From Thermodesulfobacteriota bacterium (GTDB lineage: Bacteria > Desulfobacterota > Desulfarculia > JACQYL01): DNA of 64,000 nucleotides. The stretch covers positions 640,001-704,000 of the forward strand of contig CAXXLZ010000001.1 in NCBI GenBank assembly GCA_963675595.2. Direction: 5' to 3'. Of the stretch, positions 1-7,600 are shown piece after piece (the first letter of the stretch is position 1; each line of letters starts with the position of its first letter). A program made the translations under genes and the position numbers. The notes beneath the pieces are model-generated. The model was given only the letters and a program-made list of their open reading frames with translations, was not told the DNA's origin and made no database searches.

Positions 1-425
1 AGCACTTCCAAGGCCCGGTTGACGGAGTGGACGAACAGCTCTCGGCTGAGAGGTTTTTCCAGGAAATCGAGGGCTCCGCCTCTGAGGGCGGAGATGGCCG
101 CGCTCTTGTCGGCGTAGCCCGACATCATGATGACCCGCGACAAAGGGGAGGTCTGCCGGATTTCGGGGAGGAGGTCGAGGCCCGACTTCTCGGGCATGTA
201 CACGTCCAGCACCACCACGTGAAAGAAGTTCTCACGGACCATGTCCATGGCTTGGGAGGCGGATTGTGAGGTCTGTGCGGATAAGTTCATGGAAGCGAGG
301 AGACTCTGCAGAAACTTGCGCACTCCGGGATCATCGTCCACCACTAGAACTTGAAAAGGGCAGTCGTCGGCATGGGGTGGGAACAAGGTGGAATCATTTT
401 CGGGCGGCAAATACGGCGTCTCCAT
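1..425 (-). CDS. Response regulator receiver-domain protein (partial, runs off window start)
   Basis: Manual minus-strand translation, absent from the ORF track: METPYL...QVLVVDDDPGVRKFL...VVVLDVYMPEKSGLDLL...VIMMSGY...GALDFLEKP, with the REC DD, phospho-Asp, Ser/Thr and KP motifs. Confidence 0.85.
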   Translation of the reverse strand, partial: METPYLPPENDSTLFPPHADDCPFQVLVVDDDPGVRKFLQSLLASMNLSAQTSQSASQAMDMVRENFFHVVVLDVYMPEKSGLDLLPEIRQTSPLSRVIMMSGYADKSAAISALRGGALDFLEKPLSRELFVHSVNRALEV

Positions 426-574
426 CGGGTCCGTTTCCTGTGTCGACCGACGCGACCCCCGATGTTGGGACCGCTGAAAAATCGGGACCGAAAAGGCGAA
501 GTTCGAGTACCGAGGGCGGAAGGAACGGGATTGGAAAAGGAAGCAATTCGACCCTGAAGCGACTCAATTTGCCT

Positions 575-603
575 ATTTTCCCCTCATCCCGCAGGTATGT
601 CAA
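575..603 (-). promoter_or_regulatory. Possible sigma70 promoter for the response regulator
   Basis: Minus strand reads TTGACA-17 nt-GAAAAT, about 150 nt upstream of the ATG at 425. Confidence 0.35.
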
Positions 604-931
604 CCCTGATACAACGTTCAATCCTATGAAACCGAGATTCATCAGACGAAAAACAACTATAATACAATTCTTCGAGAAACGATATAGGGAGTTCCCGTCA
701 TTTTTGAGCCGGTGGACGTGCAAATAACCCCTGAAACGGGACCATGGATTGGGATATAATCGGGATGCGGAAGCGAGTCCACGTGACCGCCGGCACCGTT
801 CAGACGATGCAGACCGGCGCTGCGCTCGGACATCGCATAAAACGTCCCGTGTAGGCCGAGGCTTCTAGTCGAAACGCAATCATTACGGGAACAGGCGGCT
901 CCGGTTCCGGAGCCCGCATTAGGAGGACCCC

Positions 932-1858
932 ATGAGTATGTCGAACCGGTCTTTCATGATCCGAAGGTTGATCGCCGTCGCAATCCTGCTGTTCGGGCTT
1001 TCGCCGTCCGGGATCGTCCAGGGCGCGGCTCTTGTGGCGGACCATCGGGCCGTTCGGGAGTTCGATGCGATCCCCGACCTATGGATCCAAGCGGCGAAAG
1101 CCCTTACGTATCATTATGCGCACACCTCTCACGGATCCCAGATCGTGGCGGGGTTGACGGCCCTGGCAAACTGGAATGAGAAATACGCCTTTGCCGTGAG
1201 GGAAGACGGCGGTTCCGCCGGCCTGCCGCCCGAGGAGACGCCTCCGGCTCTCCGAATGTACGACGGGAATCCTCCCGAAACCTATATCGAACCCGACGAT
1301 TACTGGGACGGGACTTCGGCTCTGGATCGAACCCGAGCCGTGGTGGACACGGGGCTTTTCGACTATTCCATGTGGGCCTGGTGTGGACAGCTTTCCTATT
1401 ATGGCTCCTCGCAGGTGGACGCCTACCTGGCAGCCTTGAACACTCTGGATGGGGAGTATTCCGACACCGAATTCATTTACATGACGGGGCATACGGACGG
1501 TGGAGGAGCCACCCTCACGTCGAACAATCAGAGGATACGCGACTATAGTGCGGCCAACAATAAAGCTCTTTTTGATTTCGCGGACATCGAAAGCTGGGAC
1601 CTGAACGGCGTATACCACGCCGATGCTTCCGACGCCTGCTCCTGGTGTTACGATTGGTGCACGGACCACCCCGATTCCACGGACTGTGTCATCCGACCGT
1701 CCGACGACTCGGAATGCGCCCATTCCCACGGCCTCAACTGCGTGATCAAGGCCAAGGCCTTCTGGTGGATGGCGGCCCGTCTGGCGGGTTGGTCCGGGCC
1801 GGGCGACTCATCCGCCGCCTTTATTTCCGGGGTAATGGTCCCGCTGCTCTCGGACTAA
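932..1858 (+). CDS. Secreted hypothetical protein, possibly hydrolase fold
   Basis: RBS AGGAGG, signal peptide, motifs HTSHGSQ, MWAWCG, YMTGH, FDFADIES, CAHSH; short hydrophobic C-terminal tail. Confidence 0.8.
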   Translation: MSMSNRSFMIRRLIAVAILLFGLSPSGIVQGAALVADHRAVREFDAIPDLWIQAAKALTYHYAHTSHGSQIVAGLTALANWNEKYAFAVREDGGSAGLPPEETPPALRMYDGNPPETYIEPDDYWDGTSALDRTRAVVDTGLFDYSMWAWCGQLSYYGSSQVDAYLAALNTLDGEYSDTEFIYMTGHTDGGGATLTSNNQRIRDYSAANNKALFDFADIESWDLNGVYHADASDACSWCYDWCTDHPDSTDCVIRPSDDSECAHSHGLNCVIKAKAFWWMAARLAGWSGPGDSSAAFISGVMVPLLSD

Positions 1859-1947
1859 ACGGATTTCGGGCGTCATTGTAACAGGCGTACCGGGATCCGG
1901 TCCGCGCCGTTTGACGGCCTCGAAATCACCCGCATTCGGGAGGCGCT

Positions 1948-2040
1948 CCTCACCGCCTCTCCGCTAAAGGCGGTGAGGGCTGTTTGAAAAGTCTTGAAAA
2001 GGGGACCGGGGGAAAATTTGCCCGAAAGTCTCCTCCCGGT
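1948..2040 (+). repeat. REP-like palindromic intergenic repeat, copy 1
   Basis: Hairpin CCTCACCGCCT/AGGCGGTGAGG, then AAGTCTTGAAAAGGGGACCGGGGGAAAATTT...CTCCCGGT; aligns with the copies at 4566 and 13250; lies between convergent genes. Confidence 0.65.
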
Positions 2041-2070
2041 CGACGATAATGACGCTTCCGAGAAGAGCGA

Positions 2071-2697
2071 TCAATCATCGTACCGAATGAGAGCGAGCAG
2101 AATCTCCGATGCCGCTTGGATCAGTCGATTCAGGTCTTCCTCCGTTTGCGGTATGCCCAGGAGGCACGCCACGCAACGGTGGCGCTTGAGTTGAATGTTC
2201 GAACGGAAAGGAAGGCTTAGGAGACTTTCCAGAAGTCCCTCGTCGGACAGGAGTCCGCGCGTTCGTTCGGGCTGGTCGCCCTTCAACTGAAACCGTTCAT
2301 CGAATCCCGGAACTCCCAGGGAGAAGCGGTGAAACTTGCGGGGGACCCACGGCAGATCGGCATAATAGCCGGCGATAGGGACCGGAGCGAAGCGCTTCTC
2401 CCGGATGTGCACTTGGGGCGCTTCCGGGTTGCACACGGGAAATTCCGCGCAGGTCATCATGCCCCTGTCCAGGAAGTCCAGGGAGCGGTTCATCGCCCTG
2501 AGCCGGATATCTACGCCGTGCACCGTCAGATGCAGTCGGGGCGAGAGCGTGGGAAGAAACAACGTCACTCTTCCGCGTCGTTTGGCCGCCTGTTCTTGAA
2601 ATAGACGATATAGACGCCGCTTGTCTCCCAAGTGCCACCAAACCCCGAGGAACACTATGGCCGAAAGGCAGCCGAAAAAAGCAATTAGGAAGAGCAT
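2071..2697 (-). CDS. Membrane-anchored hypothetical protein (paralog of 3346..4065)
   Basis: N-terminal TM helix; shares GMMTCxEFPVCNPEAPQVxIREKR and RLIxAASEILLALI with the paralog. Confidence 0.75.
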   Translation of the reverse strand: MLFLIAFFGCLSAIVFLGVWWHLGDKRRLYRLFQEQAAKRRGRVTLFLPTLSPRLHLTVHGVDIRLRAMNRSLDFLDRGMMTCAEFPVCNPEAPQVHIREKRFAPVPIAGYYADLPWVPRKFHRFSLGVPGFDERFQLKGDQPERTRGLLSDEGLLESLLSLPFRSNIQLKRHRCVACLLGIPQTEEDLNRLIQAASEILLALIRYDD

Positions 2698-2766
2698 GAA
2701 AGCGAAAGGCCCTATTGATAAATCAAGATATCGAATGGAGGTGCAGGGAAACTCCGGACGATGGTA

Positions 2767-3195
2767 TTACATATCAAAGACTTTCCAATTGTTCCTATAT
2801 TGAGCAAGTGGCCCGTAGTTGATGGCAGGCATGTTGCTTGGTATTTGCCTGTCACGATAGGAAGATCCGAAAAACCTATTTACATCGTTCAGAATATCGT
2901 GTCCTGGAACAATGTAAAATTCCTCGTGATCATCGAATCCATTTAATATAATGAACACATAAATATGATCCGGCCTTACGTTTTCTTTTCGGATTAGGAA
3001 ACAATTCTTGCGTCTTAGGGTTTTTACTTGGACACAAAATGTATTATTGGTTTGTGGGTTGCAGACGAATATGTCAACTGATTTGGCGTTTCCGAATGTG
3101 ACTGACGCCTGATACCCTCTCTTGAAGAGCTTGCCGACCGTGAGAAACTCACCGGCCATGCCAGTAAGTTGGCTATCCGTCCGTGGTTTCTTCAA
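2767..3195 (-). CDS. PD-(D/E)XK nuclease-like protein
   Basis: AGE...VDI...VQVKT matches the restriction-endonuclease/Hjc-like motif order; visibly AT-rich compared with the flanks. Confidence 0.65.
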   Translation of the reverse strand: MKKPRTDSQLTGMAGEFLTVGKLFKRGYQASVTFGNAKSVDIFVCNPQTNNTFCVQVKTLRRKNCFLIRKENVRPDHIYVFIILNGFDDHEEFYIVPGHDILNDVNRFFGSSYRDRQIPSNMPAINYGPLAQYRNNWKVFDM

Positions 3196-3345
3196 TGCGT
3201 TTCGCCCTTCGTCAGTGAATAGGGTTCATATCAGGCATTCATCCGCAGGAATCGAGAGTAGTGTTTCTAGTCGGAGCAGCCCCGTTGGTCGCTAGTCGAC
3301 GACAAAGATTGAGGAAGGCTGCCTTCGGAGAGCCCGTTCACACGA

Positions 3346-4065
3346 TCATACATCATATTCGATCAAAGCGAGCAAAATCTCCGACGCCGCCTCGATGAGT
3401 CGATCCAGGCTTTCCTCCGTTTCCGGAATGTCCTGAATGGACACCACGCAGGATTCCTCCTCGACCCGGATATCCGCCGGGAAAGGCAGGCCCAGCAGGC
3501 TTCGCACGAGTTCGTCCCGATTCAGCAGGCCCCGGGACTCCTCGGGCTGTTTCCCCACGAGTTGATACCGCTTGTCGAATTCCTCATGTCCCAGGGAGCA
3601 GAGGGGGCCCGGTTTCGCCTTCCGCATCGGTGCCGAGGGCGCGGCGTACCCAAAACCATACTCGGAAGGTTTCCACCGTTTCTCGCGGATGCGGACTTGC
3701 GGGGCTTCCGGATTGCACACGGGGAATTCCACACAGGTCATCATGCCCGTGTCCCTGGAGCCGATGGTGCGATTCAGGGCCGTGACCCGCACCTCCACTC
3801 CGTGCAGTGTCAGGTACAGGTGCGGTATGGAAACCATGGACGCCTGGGTCACGGTGCCTTGTCGCCGGGCCGCTTGGCTTTGGAACAGCCGGAGCAAACG
3901 CCGCCTGTCCCGGATATGCAGCCACGTGCCGATAAGCACGACAATGAGAATAAGAACCAGGATGGGGACGGCAATTTCAGCATAGGGGGCGCTTTTGTGG
4001 AGAAGAGGTGGGGCCTGGAATCCGTACGCCATTCGTCCCTCTGCATGCGCGGCCTGCTCGGTCAC
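3346..4065 (-). CDS. Membrane-anchored hypothetical protein (paralog of 2071..2697)
   Basis: TM helix IAVPILVLILIVVLIGTW followed by a domain homologous to 2071..2697; start uncertain. Confidence 0.75.
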   Translation of the reverse strand: MTEQAAHAEGRMAYGFQAPPLLHKSAPYAEIAVPILVLILIVVLIGTWLHIRDRRRLLRLFQSQAARRQGTVTQASMVSIPHLYLTLHGVEVRVTALNRTIGSRDTGMMTCVEFPVCNPEAPQVRIREKRWKPSEYGFGYAAPSAPMRKAKPGPLCSLGHEEFDKRYQLVGKQPEESRGLLNRDELVRSLLGLPFPADIRVEEESCVVSIQDIPETEESLDRLIEAASEILLALIEYDV

Positions 4066-4565
4066 CGATGATTCACCGGCTGTGCGATGACCTGCCGGTC
4101 AGGAGTTGGAAAAAGAAGAAGCCCTCCGCGTACTTCGACGGAAAAGAGACTTCGAAACTGGAGGAGTCGGTCTGCCGTCATCCGGCCGGACCGGATGACG
4201 GCGGGCGGTGACCGTGGACACTAGAATACCTCCGGTGATCACAACGGAAATAGGGCGACTCCAGGTTTTCTTCATCTTGGCGGTGGATATTCAATTTCGA
4301 AATAAGTGATTCCTCTCCGCCTTTTTGCTGATATTTTATAGCATCACAACGATTCCGACGCAAATTCTCCCAATTCACCGAGTCCTATCCAGTAGCAAAG
4401 CAGCGGAGCCGGAATTCTCATGATTCGAGCCGCAACGGTGTTGCCCTGCTCCAGTGGGCCCAAGTCGTTCAACGATTTGGTGACCACATAGCCGCGACCC
4501 AGATCCTTGGTCCGGATCAGCTCCACGAGCCCCTCAAGGTCTCAGGCTTGTGGCGCTTAACGCTC

Positions 4566-4616
4566 AAGAGTTTTGAAGGGAGTGTGAGGGAAACTTTTTC
4601 AAAAGTTTCCCTCACA
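4566..4616 (+). repeat. REP-like palindromic repeat, copy 2 (possible terminator of the giant gene)
   Basis: Perfect 16-bp inverted repeat TGTGAGGGAAACTTTT-TC-AAAAGTTTCCCTCACA at 4583-4616, just downstream of the stop at 4621. Confidence 0.75.
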
Positions 4617-4620
4617 TAAC

Positions 4621-7600
4621 TCACCCCAACATCCCCCGCAGCGCTTCCCAGCGTTCCGCGTCGTTCAGGTCTTCCTGGCCTTGGAGTTCCGGCCAGGAGG
4701 TCTCCAGGGCGACGGCGATGGTTTGCACCGTGGTTGCGGGTCTTCGTTGGGCGAGGTCGTCCAGGAGGGTTTGCACGCGTTCAAGGAGCAGGTCCACGGT
4801 AACGCGGCTGGATTTGCGGAAGAGCAGGGAGCGTTTGACCAGGGTGAAGAGGCGGTCGTCCCACACGTGTCCCTGGGCGGTCATGCCGTCGTTGAAACGG
4901 CCGACGATTTCCCGGTATCGTGCTCCCAGGGGTGTTTCGTCGTTGGTTTCCAGACCCAGGGCCAAGGAACTGATATGTAGCTGTTCCGCCATGGATTGGG
5001 CGTGATCCCACTCGAAATACCGAGGGGAAACATGGTAGAGGCGGCCGCCGTCCTCCCACGAGGCTCCGGCAAAGGGCAGCAGGAGCAGGGATTCCAGGAG
5101 ACCGTCGTCGCGAATATCCGGTGTGCGATGGTAGAGCACGTCCCAGGTATCGCCGTGGGCTTCGTGCCACATGTTCCAGTCGTCTCCCTGGAAGGTTTGG
5201 GACGCGGCTTCGAGGATTCTGGCGTCGAAGGTTTCCCGGTTGGGACGCACCAGGAAAAAGGGCGGCGCCAGGGACTGTTGGGCCCTGAAATGTTCCACGG
5301 TGGTGTCCGGATTGTAGAGCAGTCCCTGGTCGGCCAGACGATGCAGCCGGTCTTCATCACGAATTTCCAGCACACTGTACCGCCCCGTGCCTTCCAGGGA
5401 ATGCATGACCGGGGTCAGGTGCCTGAGAGGTTCGATGAGCCGTGAGTGGAAATAATCCAGGTCCAATCGGTCCCGGTTGATCAAATCGCCCAAGGGACCG
5501 AAGCAACGAAGGAATACGGCGTCCCTGGAAACCGGTTCAAATGGCAGGTCCCGGGCTTTCGCCGCGCCGGCGCAGAGCTGCACGGCCAGGAGATTCATGG
5601 CGAAGGGCAGCAGAATCTCGGGAATGGGAACGGCTTCGTCCGTGTAGCCTTCGAGGGTGGGCAACAGCAGCAGACGGTCCATGGGCTGACACGCCAGAGA
5701 TTTTTGTTGTTCCTGGAAAAAGGCGCGTTGGGAAACGATCAGCATACGGGCGTAGCGCACCCCGTACGTGGCCAGTTCGTCCAAGGCCCGATCGAAGCGA
5801 CGGTGGACGGCTGCGTCGATGATGATCAGGGTGTCTTCAGCCGCATCGTAACCAGGCCGGAGCGCCGGCAGGTACCAACGCCCTTCCGCGAAAAAGGGCT
5901 TTTCGATGCGGCAGGACAAGTCCGCCGTGGGTTGCTCCAGAAAGGCGTCGATGCCGAGGTCGCCCAGGTAGCGTCGTTCCCATTCCGACACCCGTTCTTC
6001 TCCGTACTGGGAGATCATTTCCGAAACGGGCAGCAAGGCCACGAACTTTTTGTCCACGCGCGGGTCCACGGTCACCAAGGGTCCGTAGGCGGTTTCTCCA
6101 TAACAATGCTGTTCAAGAGGCAGGCAGCCCAGTTCGTCGAACCGGACCACCCAGGCGAGCCCGGTGCCTCCCGGCGGCACGGAGAAGTAGGCCGACGGAT
6201 AGTCCCGGTTCTCCGCCATGGCATCCAAAGCGGCGCGGCGTAAAGCATCGTCGTTGAGAATCGCCTGCACGGCTCGGCCGCATTGGGCGAAATGTTCCTC
6301 CACGATGCGCGCCTTTTCGGGGCGCTTATCCCGCCAGGAAGAGACGATCAGGCAACTCAGTCCGGCATACAGCAGGTCGTTTTCCGTCAATCCCTCGGCG
6401 GGGGGCATGATGAAGCAGCCCAGGGAGGCATGAAAGAACTGTGCGAACTCCTCCGGGATTTCGGGGCCGAACCAAAGGCACGGCACGAAAATCTGTTCGC
6501 GGAGTTTTGCAAGGACGCTCTCTTCGGGCGGTCGTGTGGCGATGAAGATGAGAATGGTATCCTCTTTGAAATGGCTGAGGGATTCCCCTCCGGGAGCGAC
6601 CCGCAGAAAGTATCGCAGGAAACGGCCCCAACGGCTCACCAGGTTCTTGGCCGCGGCATGAGCGCTCCGGTCCAGGGAAACGAACACGACTTCTCCGCCC
6701 TCTTCGGGCAGGTCCTCGAAAACCGCTTTGTTCAGTTTGGTCAACGACTGAGACGGCGACTGGAAGATCGTTCCCGACAGCTCCTTGCGTGATACGAGAT
6801 CGGCCAGCCGTCGCATTTCCCGATAGTAACGCTTTTCGACCTCAAAAGAAGCTTCCCGTTCCCATAAGGTCTCCCGGGAAAGGGGCTCCAATTGGGTTCC
6901 GGGCTCGGTTTTGGGGACCAGTTCCACCAGGCGACGTAGTTCCTCCGAAGGGGAGGGTATCCGTTTGGGACGGCTCCGGGTCACGGTGACCGATTTGCTG
7001 CGGTTGCGCGGGGCGTCTTCCGCGGTGCGTCCGTGAGCCAAACCGTATAAGTAAGCGAACCGGTAGTAGAACATCAGATCGGCGAAGGGTTGCAGATCGT
7101 CGTCCAGTTTGGGGAGGTTCAGACACAGGTCTTTGGAAAAATAGCAGACTTCGTCTTGCTCAGGGTGTTCGTAACTTACGGCGGCGAAGGGTACATCTCC
7201 CATGTACAATCTTTTCATGACGTTCAGGGCTTCCCGCAGACGGCCTTGGTGGGTGGCGTTCACCAGTACCAATTCACGGTTCATGTCCTTCGGTCCCTCA
7301 TGAATCCAAAGATCACGGTAGTCGAGGCATTTACCCAATGCATACCAGCTGTTGTCCTGGAGCTTCCCGGCGATTTCATGGCCGGCCGCGGTGGATTCCA
7401 AAGCGTCGAACACGAGGCAGACGGTACTTTTCGCGCTCCTGGAAGCCAGCTCTTTGGAGAATTCTTCCGTGGACGGGTCTTCCAGAATGTTTGCCAGCAC
7501 TTCCGGCATCCGTCTGAGTTTGTCCAAAGAGGCCACGGCCTCTTCCGTTTTGCCCAATCGCGACATGAGCCACAGGCCCAGAAGCTCGACGCACATCAGC

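Noticed and set aside
2698-3345. Integron cassette array
   Set aside because: No attC-like RYYYAAC...GTTRRRY sites between the genes and no integrase in the window.
4080-4560. Short ORFs downstream of the giant GlmS-like gene
   Set aside because: No RBS, motifs or consistent frame; cannot be supported as genes.
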